Origin: a virus
Taxonomy: Duplodnaviria; Heunggongvirae; Uroviricota; Caudoviricetes
DNA length: 64,000 bases
Reading direction: 5' to 3' (one strand)
IMG/VR virus record: IMGVR_UViG_3300033075_001920
The notes below the pieces were generated by a model. That model had not been told where the DNA came from and searched no databases. It saw nothing but the letters and a program-made list of their open reading frames with translations. How positions within the stretch are numbered: position 1 is the stretch's first letter; each line of letters opens with the position of its first letter. The translations under genes were made by a program, and so were the position numbers. Shown here piece after piece: positions 19,822-29,967 of this stretch.

Positions 19822-20730
19822 ATGTTACAAGAACTTAAATCCAGATTCTTTCCTTCTCAAAAAGAAAAGGAACAAAGAATCATCCAGCAGATCCATGACG
19901 ACATTGATTCTGCCGAGGAAAGACTTTTGGCTCAGGCTAACAGTATTCTCAAAGAACTTCACATCACAACGGAGTCTGATATTGAGAAGATTGCTGACCG
20001 GCTTGAAAAGATTGGATTTTCCAATGTGCCCACTATCAAAAAGGCCAGACAAATAAGCGATCAGCGCCAAAAGACGGAGTTGCAGAAGAAAATGACCAGT
20101 GAAATCGCCGCCTTAATTGAGTACTACAAGTTCACCTATCCGATGCATAAGTTTTTGACCGGATCCGAACTTGACAGAATATGTCTCAAATATGGGCTTA
20201 TTTATGCACCGGTATCCTGTTACACCAAGGATGTGCCTGAAAAGAATCTGGCAGAGATTGAAAAGGCTCAGGAGTTGAAAGAAAAAGACAAGGCAATAGA
20301 TAAAATCATTATTTCTATTGATTACAAAAATCAACTTCGAAGGCTTTTAGATGCTCCCGAAATGGCGGCAGAAAAATTCCTGCAAATGGCTAAAAAAGGC
20401 TTTCAGATCGACCCAAAGCATAAGAATATGGATGCCAACTGGCTTGGATACCAATATTTAAAGGCTAATGGAAATATTGTACCATTCCTCACCCAGACAG
20501 AAACGCATATTTCCACAAGCGTTCGTCAGGGAATGTTTATCGCAGCTCCCAAAGACCATTTTGATTTAAAATCCGTAATGCAATCCGGATACGGATTCTT
20601 TACCGAAAGAAAGTCAATTATTCAAAACGACCCTATTGTGTTCCGCGGGGTAAGAGGAGGAGTGCAGGTGCTTTCAAAATGGGGATTGGAAGGTAAAGAT
20701 GAGGCTCTTTTCAACGAAAAATTAAACTAA
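19822..20730 (+). CDS. hypothetical protein (C-terminal DPIVF..QVLSKWG)
   Basis: 302-aa ORF. Confidence 0.75.
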   Translation: MLQELKSRFFPSQKEKEQRIIQQIHDDIDSAEERLLAQANSILKELHITTESDIEKIADRLEKIGFSNVPTIKKARQISDQRQKTELQKKMTSEIAALIEYYKFTYPMHKFLTGSELDRICLKYGLIYAPVSCYTKDVPEKNLAEIEKAQELKEKDKAIDKIIISIDYKNQLRRLLDAPEMAAEKFLQMAKKGFQIDPKHKNMDANWLGYQYLKANGNIVPFLTQTETHISTSVRQGMFIAAPKDHFDLKSVMQSGYGFFTERKSIIQNDPIVFRGVRGGVQVLSKWGLEGKDEALFNEKLN

Positions 20731-20734
20731 TTGT

Positions 20735-21055
20735 ATGGAAAGTCAAGTTTATACCAGAGAACAATCAATAGAGGGAATTCAATGCGTTGTTACCGTGAGA
20801 CTCAATGCAAAAGTTGAAAGACGCCCCGGTGGAAAGGTGGAGCATCATATTCAAATTGCCGAAAAAGAAGTAGGACAAAACATTCTTTTGTATGACAAAC
20901 TTATAGAACTCGGTGGACGTACACTAATGAGTTGCCTTTTCGATGCATATACCGATGTTGAAAATTTTATCCGCTTAAGGGACAATAAAGATCCGCTCAC
21001 CAGCGAACTGATTGAAAACGGCTTTATTCCCTTAGATATAAACAATCCTGGTTAA
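20735..21055 (+). CDS. hypothetical protein
   Basis: ORF. Confidence 0.65.
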   Translation: MESQVYTREQSIEGIQCVVTVRLNAKVERRPGGKVEHHIQIAEKEVGQNILLYDKLIELGGRTLMSCLFDAYTDVENFIRLRDNKDPLTSELIENGFIPLDINNPG

Positions 21056-21066
21056 ATAGCATAAAA

Positions 21067-21228
21067 ATGAGAATAATTAAGTCGGGCAAAGTGCCCAGTA
21101 AAGAAAAGGAAAAAACATGTCCGACATGTAAAGCAATATTTGCTTATTTACCCAGTGATATTACATTTAATTCTCGTGAAAGAGATTTTGTAAAGTGTCC
21201 TTGCTACTCTTCATTAATTGACGTATAA
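21067..21228 (+). CDS. small Zn-ribbon protein (CPTC...CPC), not in ORF track
   Basis: manual translation MRIIKSGKVPSKEKEKTCPTCK... Confidence 0.6.
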   Translation: MRIIKSGKVPSKEKEKTCPTCKAIFAYLPSDITFNSRERDFVKCPCYSSLIDV

Positions 21229-21230
21229 CA

Positions 21231-22499
21231 ATGGGAGTAAACAGAAACAATACTTTAAGAAGATTAAACGTAAATCAAGCACGTGGAAGGGGTAGGTATT
21301 TTTTTCCAACACAGAAAAACGAATTTGATGGCCACTATTATCCACATTTTAGATGGCATAATGCAACTGGACGTCCTCAAACAGGGGAAGGAATTATAAA
21401 TGGCAGTATGATAGCAATGGATTACGCAGATTTTCCAGCACTTCAATACTACATTAACAAATATGAAACATACCCAGGAATTATAAAACACGAAGCCCTA
21501 TTTTCTTTGGAAAATATATATAATTGTGCAAGACTTTACGCTGCCGGCGGCTTATATATTGAGAGAAAAGGACCGGTTAGAAATTTTAGAGATTCTAAAA
21601 AAACCATAGAAACCACATCAATAACTTTTGAATCGGAAAGTCAAAAAATGTTATTTATGATTATTTTTGATATTCCCGAAAACAGTACCAAAAAACATAT
21701 AAATTTAGGTGTCAGAAATATTGCGATTTCTTGTTTCCATGATAATTCCAGAACAGCTGACGAGGTTCTGGAAATAATCAAAACACAGGTTTTTAATATT
21801 CCGGAAATTGAAATTGACGAAGATGATTCAAGAGGCTTTGTTAATATTTTGGCACTTAATGGTAATTCCGGATTTAGTCTGTCTCCTTATAAGACCACGG
21901 TTCCGGAAATAGACTTTGATCTCAATTATAACGAAGATTTCAAGGAAATTCATCGAATGATTGAAACTGGTCTTTCGGCAAATAATTCAAAAGGATTAGT
22001 TTTACTTCATGGGCAACCAGGTACTGGAAAAACTACCTATGTTCGCTATCTTATCAGTGTTCTTAAAAAGAAGGTAATATTTGTTCCACCGAATATGACT
22101 AATACCCTTTCGGAACCAGCGCTTATAAAGTTTATGCTTGATAATTCCAACTCTATCCTAGTGATAGAAGATGCGGAAAACGTATTAGGTAAAAGAACCG
22201 GAGGGGAGCAGCAGGCGGTAGCAAACATCTTAAATCTGACCGATGGTCTTTTGAGTGATTGTGCCCATATTCAGATTATTGCAACATTTAATACCGATAT
22301 CAACAAGATAGATGAGGCATTACTCAGAAAAGGACGCCTCATTGCCAGATATGAATTTAAGCCGCTCACCAACGATCGTGCTGAAGCTTTAGGTAAAAAA
22401 CTCGGGATAGTATCAATAAATGAACATACTTTGGCAGACATTTACAATGCTGCAGACAGTTCGTTTAAACAAGAGAAAAGAACAATAGGATTTAAATAA
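21231..22499 (+). CDS. AAA+ ATPase
   Basis: Walker A GQPGTGKT, Walker B LVIEDAE, LLRKGRL arginine finger. Confidence 0.9.
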   Translation: MGVNRNNTLRRLNVNQARGRGRYFFPTQKNEFDGHYYPHFRWHNATGRPQTGEGIINGSMIAMDYADFPALQYYINKYETYPGIIKHEALFSLENIYNCARLYAAGGLYIERKGPVRNFRDSKKTIETTSITFESESQKMLFMIIFDIPENSTKKHINLGVRNIAISCFHDNSRTADEVLEIIKTQVFNIPEIEIDEDDSRGFVNILALNGNSGFSLSPYKTTVPEIDFDLNYNEDFKEIHRMIETGLSANNSKGLVLLHGQPGTGKTTYVRYLISVLKKKVIFVPPNMTNTLSEPALIKFMLDNSNSILVIEDAENVLGKRTGGEQQAVANILNLTDGLLSDCAHIQIIATFNTDINKIDEALLRKGRLIARYEFKPLTNDRAEALGKKLGIVSINEHTLADIYNAADSSFKQEKRTIGFK

Positions 22500-23743
22500 T
22501 GGACCAAATATTTGCACCCTTCACGCCTGAGCAGGTAGAAGCTTTGAATGAATTTCAGAAGTCGGGGATTATGCATCCCTTTACCTGCGGCCCAAGCAAA
22601 ATACTGCACGAACCTCAAATAAGGCATCCTGAATGCGAAAAGAGTAAAGGAGGTGAGGGTATCCTTATTGCAACCAAGGATGGATGGGTATGCCCTTGCG
22701 GAAACTTTACTCAGAACTGGGCACATGCTTTTATGGCTGATAAAGAGCAGCATTCATCCATGCAGCGTATAAGGTTCAATGCCGGTGTTGCGGTTATTGT
22801 TGGCCGTTTTCAGACGAATGCTTTAACAGTCGCGCACAGCACTCTTATTTCTTATGCTCAACAAAACTATGCCAAAACATTCATTTTCATTGGTCAGCAC
22901 AGATCGCAGCCAACTGTTAAAAATCCATTATCCTTCGAATTGCGCAAAAAGATAGTGCAAAGTATGGGTGAGGATTTGACAATTGACCAGATATTAGATT
23001 GCCGGGACGATGAGCAGTGGTCTTTGTCTTTGGACGAATTGATAAAAAAGCACATACCGGACTCAGGAGTTAATGTAACTCTTTTAGGTTCAAGGGATAG
23101 TTTCATACAATACTATAAAGGTGCGTATCCGACAAAAGAAATTGAATTAAACCTTCCTGATATCAGCGCTTCCAAGGCAAGAGAATATTTGAAAGATAAG
23201 TCCATCTATGATCAGATTGGTAGGCATGATATTTGGTCTTTTACAGCCGGAGTAATACACGCAATATGTTCCAGACATCCAAGCCCGTTTATAGCGGTGG
23301 ATATAGCGATTGTAAAGCAAAAATTACACCCACAGATAAATCAGCCTTCGGATTATCTTGTTCTTATGGGCAGAAAGAAGCAGGATGGAAATAAATACCG
23401 CTTCATAGGCGGTTTTGTCGATTCATCCGACGAAAGCATCACATCTGCAGCTCACAGGGAAGTAGTGGAAGAAACAGGCGGAAATCTGATTACAGACCGG
23501 TATACCTTAGCAGGTGAAGCAAAGATTGATGACTGGAGGTACAAGGGCGCACCGGAGAATATATTTTCTAACTTCTTTATCTGTCGTTACGTATCCGGAG
23601 AGCCGGTAGCCAGCGACGATATAGACGAACTTATCTGGTGCAATATCCCAGCTTTAAAGCCTTACCACGTGGTAAAAGAACACCATCGTTTTTTACAAAT
23701 ATTACAATTACATGATTTTCATTTCAGCCCCCTATTCGCATAA
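22499..23743 (+). CDS. nadM: bifunctional NMN adenylyltransferase / Nudix (ADP-ribose) hydrolase with extra N-terminal Cys/His domain
   Basis: IVGRFQ...TVAH nucleotidyltransferase motif; GGFVDSSDESITSAAHREVVEETG Nudix box. Confidence 0.88.
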   Translation: MDQIFAPFTPEQVEALNEFQKSGIMHPFTCGPSKILHEPQIRHPECEKSKGGEGILIATKDGWVCPCGNFTQNWAHAFMADKEQHSSMQRIRFNAGVAVIVGRFQTNALTVAHSTLISYAQQNYAKTFIFIGQHRSQPTVKNPLSFELRKKIVQSMGEDLTIDQILDCRDDEQWSLSLDELIKKHIPDSGVNVTLLGSRDSFIQYYKGAYPTKEIELNLPDISASKAREYLKDKSIYDQIGRHDIWSFTAGVIHAICSRHPSPFIAVDIAIVKQKLHPQINQPSDYLVLMGRKKQDGNKYRFIGGFVDSSDESITSAAHREVVEETGGNLITDRYTLAGEAKIDDWRYKGAPENIFSNFFICRYVSGEPVASDDIDELIWCNIPALKPYHVVKEHHRFLQILQLHDFHFSPLFA

Positions 23744-24191
23744 AGATAAATCGGTTGTAAATTATCGTTACAACCAGACGCTTAAATATGCCCATCATTT
23801 AATGCTCGAGCAGTTGAATGCTATCAGCCCGGTTGTGTATGGACATGCCATTGTAGAACAGTATCCGGAAATAGATAACACCTGGGGTACATGGAATGCT
23901 TTTTGCGAAGAATTGATATCTTATTGCGACAAAATACACATCCTAATGCTTGACGGATGGGATGAATCGATTGGAATATTTTCTGAAATCGATTATTTTT
24001 TAGAGCAGAACCGAGAAAGACCAATTGAAAAAAGAATTGATGACCATTGGATGATCTTGAAAAAAATTGTATTCATCGATGCTCAAACCTTTAAACCAAT
24101 AGATGAGAAAGAAAATGCCGGGATATATAAAAAATGGCAAACAGATTGGCAAATAGATATTCCCGAAATTAATACAAAAACAAAGTTATGA
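23712..24191 (+). CDS. DUF1937-like / nucleoside 2-deoxyribosyltransferase-fold protein
   Basis: IFISAPYSH...SPVVYGH...LMLDGWDESIGIFSE. Confidence 0.7.
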   Translation: MIFISAPYSHKDKSVVNYRYNQTLKYAHHLMLEQLNAISPVVYGHAIVEQYPEIDNTWGTWNAFCEELISYCDKIHILMLDGWDESIGIFSEIDYFLEQNRERPIEKRIDDHWMILKKIVFIDAQTFKPIDEKENAGIYKKWQTDWQIDIPEINTKTKL

Positions 24192-24667
24192 TACAGCCAA
24201 AAACTCAGGCAGAAGCCAGAAAACGATTATCATCATTGGAAGCTGAAATGGAAGAAATCAAAAGTTTTCTTTTAAAGCAAACTTCGGTAAACATTATGGA
24301 AAGGGTAAAGACCTTTGATGATGCGCTTGAAATCTATAAGCAGGACCATGATATCAGCAGTGATATGCAGGCGATACTTGATTATAAAGGCAATGATACT
24401 GGAATGATCGCTATGCAGGGATTTGCTCAGATAAATATTATCAGGGCAGTACTTAATGAAGGTTGGGCGCCAAACTGGTACAATGAAAATGAGTATAAAT
24501 ACTACCCGTGGTTCAAGATGTTTGCCTCCGGCCTGTCTTACGACGACTGCATTTATGCACGCTTGAATTCGGTTGTCGGCTCCCGTCTTTGCTATAAATC
24601 CTTAGATTTGGCAAAATATGCAGGCACCCAATTCATCGACATATATCAAAAATTCTATACCATATAA
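24188..24667 (+). CDS. hypothetical protein, VKTFDDA family with C-terminal VGSRL
   Basis: paralog of next gene; possible DGR-type variable region. Confidence 0.75.
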   Translation: MIQPKTQAEARKRLSSLEAEMEEIKSFLLKQTSVNIMERVKTFDDALEIYKQDHDISSDMQAILDYKGNDTGMIAMQGFAQINIIRAVLNEGWAPNWYNENEYKYYPWFKMFASGLSYDDCIYARLNSVVGSRLCYKSLDLAKYAGTQFIDIYQKFYTI

Positions 24668-25061
24668 AATGGAAAATCAAGTAAAATCATTCGAACATGC
24701 CTGTCAGGTTTTAGGAAGAAGTACCGATGTTCCGGTAGTAAACATGCTTCCGGAAAAACATCAGAAGGCTATCATTGCTCATTATAAATTAATCACCATT
24801 TGTGAAGCTGCCAATTTTCTACACGCAGGAAAGTCCTGGGAGCCTGACTGGAATAACCATGCCCAGTGGAAGTACTTTTCTTGTTTTGAAGTAGAAGCCA
24901 GTGCTGAAAAACCTTCGGGCTCCCGCCTGTGGTACCAAGTCTATGATAGCACGCTCTCGTATGTATATGTCGGCTCCCGCCTTAGCTTTCAGACAAGTGA
25001 GCTGGCTGAGTACATCGGAGAAACATTTATAGACTTGTATAAGGATTTATTACTGTTATAG
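24618..25061 (+). CDS. hypothetical protein, paralog of previous gene; start likely 24669
   Basis: VKSFEHAC...W.PDW...VGSRLSF. Confidence 0.75.
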   Translation: MQAPNSSTYIKNSIPYKMENQVKSFEHACQVLGRSTDVPVVNMLPEKHQKAIIAHYKLITICEAANFLHAGKSWEPDWNNHAQWKYFSCFEVEASAEKPSGSRLWYQVYDSTLSYVYVGSRLSFQTSELAEYIGETFIDLYKDLLLL

Positions 25062-25121
25062 TTCTATAGCCCATTTTAAAACGAATAATTTTTAATTTAA
25101 TAAAACAAACATATTACATAT

Positions 25122-26549
25122 ATGAAACTTCCAAATAACTTTTGCGTCGACACAGACGCATACAAAATAACCCACCACTTACTGGATCGCGACGATTTAA
25201 CCGGAAGAATCTCTTATGGGGAATGTCGCATAGGTGCAAAATACCCTGATACTCTTCTTTTCGGACCTCAGATGATTTGCATTGAACATTTTGAAGGTCA
25301 GGTCATCGACAAGTATAAGATCGATGAAGCTCAGTATCTCAGCGCTGAGTGGTTTGGTACCGATAAGTATTTCAACCGAGCTATGTTTGACTACATCTTA
25401 AATCAATATGGTGGAATGCTTCCGGTAGAGATAAAAGCGGTCAGGGAAGGCTCTAGAGTGCCAATTTCCAATGTCCTGTTTACCCTCGAAGCATTAGACC
25501 GGAAGTGCCTGCCGCTGGTTCAACACATGGAAACTCTGTTTATGCAGTTCTGGTACCCGACCACCATTGCCACGGATTGTTTCTACATCCGTCAGGATAT
25601 AAAAGGATTTTTAGAGAAAACCGGCACTCCGGAACTTTTACCATACATGCTGCATAATTTTGGGTATAGAGCCACCTCATGTCAGGAGCAATCTGCGATT
25701 GGAGGAGTTGCCCATATGATTTCATTTGAAGGCTCAGATACGCTGGTGAGCGATCGGGCTATTCAATTCTATTACGGGTATGATAAACTAACCAGATTGA
25801 AATCTGTGCTGGCTACCGAGCATTCTGTTGCCCTGCAGTACGGACCGGGCGAAGGTGAATATGAATATGTCAAGGCGGCGCTTAAAGCCACACCCGACCA
25901 TCTTATAGCTTCCATTGTTATTGACACATATGATGCCGAAAACTTTATCGACAATGTTGTTACCAGACCCGATATTATGGAGATGGTAAAAGCCAGATCC
26001 GGTAAGACCGTATGGAGACAGGATAGTGGTGAGGCAAAGCAATGCACTTTACGCAATTTAGACAGCCTTTCCAGAAGCTATGGCATGGATTTCAATAGCA
26101 AGGGCTATAAAGTGCTGCATCCAAAAATAGGATTACTTCAGGGCGATCATATTGAGCGCGCCACCTGCAAGGAATTGTACGAATACATTATCAGCTATAA
26201 ATGGTCTGCAGATAACGTGGTTATGGGCTCAGGGGGAGGTATTATGGTTAAAAACTTTGAAAGGGATACCCAAAGAATTGCCATCAAGCCAAGCCTGATA
26301 AGATTGGATGGTATTGATAAACCGGTTCAGAAAACAGTAAAATCACAACCGGACAAGGCATCCAAGCCCGGACATCTGAAATTACACAGATCTGGCAACA
26401 CCTTTCATACCTTTAGTTCTGTTACTACTCCGGAAGCTGAGTTTAAAGGATATGTGGATTCACTGGAGGTTATATTCCGCAATGGAGAACTCAAAAGAAG
26501 GCAGACATTCAACGATGTAATCAACATTGCAAGAAGTTATGAATATTAG
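25122..26549 (+). CDS. nadV: nicotinamide phosphoribosyltransferase (Nampt)
   Basis: DTDAYKITH, LHNFGYRA, ATEHSV, SIVIDTYD, RQDSG, LLQGD, GSGGG. Confidence 0.93.
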   Translation: MKLPNNFCVDTDAYKITHHLLDRDDLTGRISYGECRIGAKYPDTLLFGPQMICIEHFEGQVIDKYKIDEAQYLSAEWFGTDKYFNRAMFDYILNQYGGMLPVEIKAVREGSRVPISNVLFTLEALDRKCLPLVQHMETLFMQFWYPTTIATDCFYIRQDIKGFLEKTGTPELLPYMLHNFGYRATSCQEQSAIGGVAHMISFEGSDTLVSDRAIQFYYGYDKLTRLKSVLATEHSVALQYGPGEGEYEYVKAALKATPDHLIASIVIDTYDAENFIDNVVTRPDIMEMVKARSGKTVWRQDSGEAKQCTLRNLDSLSRSYGMDFNSKGYKVLHPKIGLLQGDHIERATCKELYEYIISYKWSADNVVMGSGGGIMVKNFERDTQRIAIKPSLIRLDGIDKPVQKTVKSQPDKASKPGHLKLHRSGNTFHTFSSVTTPEAEFKGYVDSLEVIFRNGELKRRQTFNDVINIARSYEY

Positions 26550-27129
26550 ACTGACAGCGAAAAGACATACTTCGTCGGAGGTTTATGAAGAAAATTTTTC
26601 GCGGAAGGCAACTGCGGTTTTTGCACAAGACCTATATGAGCGATATTTAAAAATGGTGGAACAGGAAAAAATATTGGAGGCAAACAATGTATCCTCAAAT
26701 CAAAGAAATTGGCAAATTGTACAATTGCATGAATTGATAGTAGAATCCGAAAAAGAATTCACAGCTAATTTTCCGGACAAGGTATTTGATCCTGCCGTAA
26801 GTTTGCTTCGTATTTTTGAAAATGGAGTAGTTATAAAAGCCTCGCCGGCAGATATCCATCTTCACGATATTATTACGGCCGATTCATTTTCGGTGCACGA
26901 AAATAACATCGTCGGAACCCAAATAAAAGAAAAAAAATTAGAAATAGCCATAAGAGGATTAATCCAAGTTTTATATAATGATGTGCATCTATTTCGTATG
27001 CAGTTTGTTGTTGTAAAAAGGATATGGAAAAATTCAGAACTAATTTTACAACTTGAAGCTTGCACAAGTCAACAAAGTCTTAAAAACTTTCTTAGAGGGC
27101 TGAAAAAGGGAGAGTTTATAATATCATAA
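26527..27129 (+). CDS. hypothetical protein
   Basis: ORF. Confidence 0.65.
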   Translation: MQEVMNIRLTAKRHTSSEVYEENFSRKATAVFAQDLYERYLKMVEQEKILEANNVSSNQRNWQIVQLHELIVESEKEFTANFPDKVFDPAVSLLRIFENGVVIKASPADIHLHDIITADSFSVHENNIVGTQIKEKKLEIAIRGLIQVLYNDVHLFRMQFVVVKRIWKNSELILQLEACTSQQSLKNFLRGLKKGEFIIS

Positions 27130-27141
27130 TCATTTAGTGAC

Positions 27142-27456
27142 ATGAATAGCGAAAATCCATTTGATTCACTTGATGAGCAGACAATAAAGGAATTAATTGT
27201 CGGAATCGAAAAGAATTTTTGTACTGCTTACAAGACAGATAAAAACGGACATTTAACTGAAAAAATGTATGATTATTCAAAGCATCTATTTTTATTTGCC
27301 AAACTGGTTAATTGGACATATATTCATCAAAGTCAAATAAAAGAAAAATATAATCCCACTACCGGATTTAGTGAAAAAGAGAAATTACAGAGGGAATTTA
27401 GTACAAGGGGCATAGTTTACAGAATATTGGAGTCTAAATTAAAAAATAATGAATAG
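27142..27456 (+). CDS. hypothetical protein (MNSENPF paralog 1)
   Basis: tandem paralog. Confidence 0.7.
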   Translation: MNSENPFDSLDEQTIKELIVGIEKNFCTAYKTDKNGHLTEKMYDYSKHLFLFAKLVNWTYIHQSQIKEKYNPTTGFSEKEKLQREFSTRGIVYRILESKLKNNE

Positions 27457-27997
27457 CGAAAATCCATTTCAAGCCCTTAGTTTAGAAACTCTCGAGCAGT
27501 TGGAGGCGGGTATAATTAAGAATTTTTCAAGGGCTTGGAAGTACGGAAAGGATAAAGAGCTGATAATGATTCATGACTATTCCCAGCAGTTTCCATTGTA
27601 TATAGAACTTATAAAATGGGTATGGGAACAAGGAGTGGAAATATATGAAAAACATAATTTCCGACAAGAGTTTACTGTTGGTAATATTATATGGTATTTT
27701 GTTGATAATCAAATCAAGTATAAAAAAGAGCAAATTTCGCTTATGAAGATGAAAGAAGATAGCCAAGAGAAGATTATTAAAAAGGTAGAATTTATGCAGG
27801 ATATTAAGGAGTATACACTTCAATACAAGGTGGATCCGGAATATGGAAAATTGAATATTCCCCCTTTGACATATGACGATATTGAGGTGGCAAGGGGAGA
27901 TGCAGATAAATTCTTAAATGAATATCCTCAGATACAGGAGATTGAAATTATCATGCAACATACCTTTGCCTATGAAACAGTCAGAAGAAAAGAGTAG
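27449..27997 (+). CDS. hypothetical protein (MNSENPF paralog 2)
   Basis: tandem paralog. Confidence 0.7.
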   Translation: MNSENPFQALSLETLEQLEAGIIKNFSRAWKYGKDKELIMIHDYSQQFPLYIELIKWVWEQGVEIYEKHNFRQEFTVGNIIWYFVDNQIKYKKEQISLMKMKEDSQEKIIKKVEFMQDIKEYTLQYKVDPEYGKLNIPPLTYDDIEVARGDADKFLNEYPQIQEIEIIMQHTFAYETVRRKE

Positions 27998-28025
27998 TTT
28001 TTCGGTTTGAAAACTTCTTATAAAG

Positions 28026-28070
28026 CAGAAAAGGCCACTTTTCAGGCGACCTTTTCTGTGTTGGTGTAAG
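28026..28070 (+). terminator. probable intrinsic terminator hairpin
   Basis: gcagaaaagg...ccttttctgt after end of gene run. Confidence 0.55.
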
Positions 28071-28214
28071 CTCGTTACCCTTTCCGACTCGGTAACAGAG
28101 CCAGACGTCGACTGATCCGGGTTAATACCTTTTGTACTCGATCTCTTTATGTATTGAAGAGAGCATTACAGGGACGAAATTAAAGAAATTTGTAAACAAA
28201 AACAAAATACGTAT

Positions 28215-28242
28215 ATTATTTTCAAAAATAACCATATATTTG
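28215..28242 (+). promoter_or_regulatory. promoter: ATTATTTTCAAAAATAAC plus TATATTTG
   Basis: shared motif, 7 nt before HTH start. Confidence 0.75.
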
Positions 28243-28249
28243 CATCGTT

Positions 28250-28534
28250 ATGATGGAAGCAGTAAAGAAAGAAAGGGGCAGACCCGTTCAGAAAAAAGGC
28301 TCACAACAGGCACAGGTTCCGATAAGTGAAACCAAGTTGTCTTTAATATTGATTTCCAGGGGGATGAGCCAGCAGGATTTGATTGATAAAATCAAGGAAG
28401 TCAGTGGTAAAACCATAGGCAGAGACCGTATATCCAAGATAGTAAGCGGTAAGCTCAGGGATTACATGATTTCCACGGCTCGCATTATAGCCAGTTCGTT
28501 AGACCTCACAATAGAAGAAATTGTTGAAATTTGA
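28250..28534 (+). CDS. XRE-family HTH regulator
   Basis: RGMSQQDL...DRISKIVSGK...TARIIASSLDLTIEEI. Confidence 0.85.
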   Translation: MMEAVKKERGRPVQKKGSQQAQVPISETKLSLILISRGMSQQDLIDKIKEVSGKTIGRDRISKIVSGKLRDYMISTARIIASSLDLTIEEIVEI

Positions 28535-29159
28535 TGAATTCATAAAGCACCTGATCACCCGACCATCCGGATATCAGCTTTTTTGGCTTTATCTGATAGC
28601 ATACGCAGAAGAGCCAATTACCATTGCGGATGCATCGCGCCACGCAGGCTTCTCCCGCACGCACGGCATGAGAGTGTTACAATGGGGAGAGGGGATGCTG
28701 AAAAAGCTTAAAATACCCTTTTCAAGACAGGACTCCGGCAGTCAGGTTGTATTTAGCTTTAAGGAAATAGAAACTGAATTATCCGAGCTGCAGCAGCGCC
28801 ATCAGAGAATAGTTTTGCGGGCAATAGCCTATCTGAATGAGGTGGCAGGCACATCTTACCGGCCGGAACTGGTAAAAAACCAAAAAAACCTCAAAGCGAG
28901 GCTGAATGAAAACTTTACCGCTATACAGATAAAGCAGGTTATCGATACCAAGGTGGCGGAGTGGAAGGGTACAACCCAAGAAAAATATCTTCGTCCGGAA
29001 ACTTTATTCGGACCCAAATTCGAATCGTATTTAAATCAGAAGCAAAATGACCAACCAATTAGTCAAAAACTCACAGGAGATGAGCTTGCAAAGGCAAACA
29101 TTGCCATTGGGCGAAATGTGGCCTCAGGCATATTCAAGCCAGATACCAAAGCTGAGTGA
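28521..29159 (+). CDS. phage replication initiator with conserved phage C-terminal (Phg_2220_C-like) domain
   Basis: YLNEVAG...VIDTKVAEW...YLRPETLFGPKFESYLNQ. Confidence 0.85.
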   Translation: MLKFDEFIKHLITRPSGYQLFWLYLIAYAEEPITIADASRHAGFSRTHGMRVLQWGEGMLKKLKIPFSRQDSGSQVVFSFKEIETELSELQQRHQRIVLRAIAYLNEVAGTSYRPELVKNQKNLKARLNENFTAIQIKQVIDTKVAEWKGTTQEKYLRPETLFGPKFESYLNQKQNDQPISQKLTGDELAKANIAIGRNVASGIFKPDTKAE

Positions 29160-29955
29160 TCGTAAAATATACCTTGCCCATTTTGATAAGCAGGTTCAGG
29201 ACTTTACCGAATCCGATGGCAAAGCTTTAACCGATACGCTTGCTTACTGGAAAACATGCATTGGAATAAAAGACATGCCTTCGGAGGTCGAAATTTCTAT
29301 AAACACTTTGTTTATTGTAGAAAATTACCCGAGCCTTACCATTAAGCAGATCCGTATGGCAATAGATTTATCCCTTACCGGTGTTTTGGATATTGATCCA
29401 AAGCTTTATAACAATTCCTTTGCCCCTTTGTATATTGGTAGGGTACTGACCGCTTATCAGAAGTACCAGGCAGAGGTAATGAACCGTATTGCAAAAGAAA
29501 AGCTTGCAGCTGACATGCAGGTAGTTTTAAAACCGGAAGCCAGAACTTATGAGCAGAAGGTTCAAGATATTCGCGGAATCATTATTTCTTATGCTAAATT
29601 AGTCAAAAAAACAAAAAGCTTTGAAATAGATTTCAGGAGTAATACCTTCCATTTCTTAAAAAAGCATGGACTTGGAGATTGGTCAAAAGAATCACTGGAT
29701 GAAATAAAAGCACTTGCCAAACAGGATGTAGACAATTCAATCGCTGTTGGCTTGATGAAAAAGATTCAGGAATCGCTAAATGTGAATGAAGCCGAAAGGG
29801 AACAAGATAAATTACTGAAAAACTTCGGTCGTTATCACTTCTGTAAAAGATTCTTTGATACCATAGAAGATGTCGATAAATGGGCAGCAATGTTTACGGA
29901 TGAAGATTTTTACCCCAGACCCAAAGAGCGGCCAAAAGAATTGAAAGAAAAATAA
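29047..29955 (+). CDS. hypothetical protein, possible replication partner
   Basis: follows initiator gene. Confidence 0.65.
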   Translation: MTNQLVKNSQEMSLQRQTLPLGEMWPQAYSSQIPKLSDRKIYLAHFDKQVQDFTESDGKALTDTLAYWKTCIGIKDMPSEVEISINTLFIVENYPSLTIKQIRMAIDLSLTGVLDIDPKLYNNSFAPLYIGRVLTAYQKYQAEVMNRIAKEKLAADMQVVLKPEARTYEQKVQDIRGIIISYAKLVKKTKSFEIDFRSNTFHFLKKHGLGDWSKESLDEIKALAKQDVDNSIAVGLMKKIQESLNVNEAEREQDKLLKNFGRYHFCKRFFDTIEDVDKWAAMFTDEDFYPRPKERPKELKEK

Positions 29956-29967
29956 TACATTTGTCCA

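Noticed and set aside
28070-28130. Hairpin-rich stretch after terminator as a possible sRNA
   Set aside because: No clear promoter or defined ends; could just be terminator-flanking sequence.
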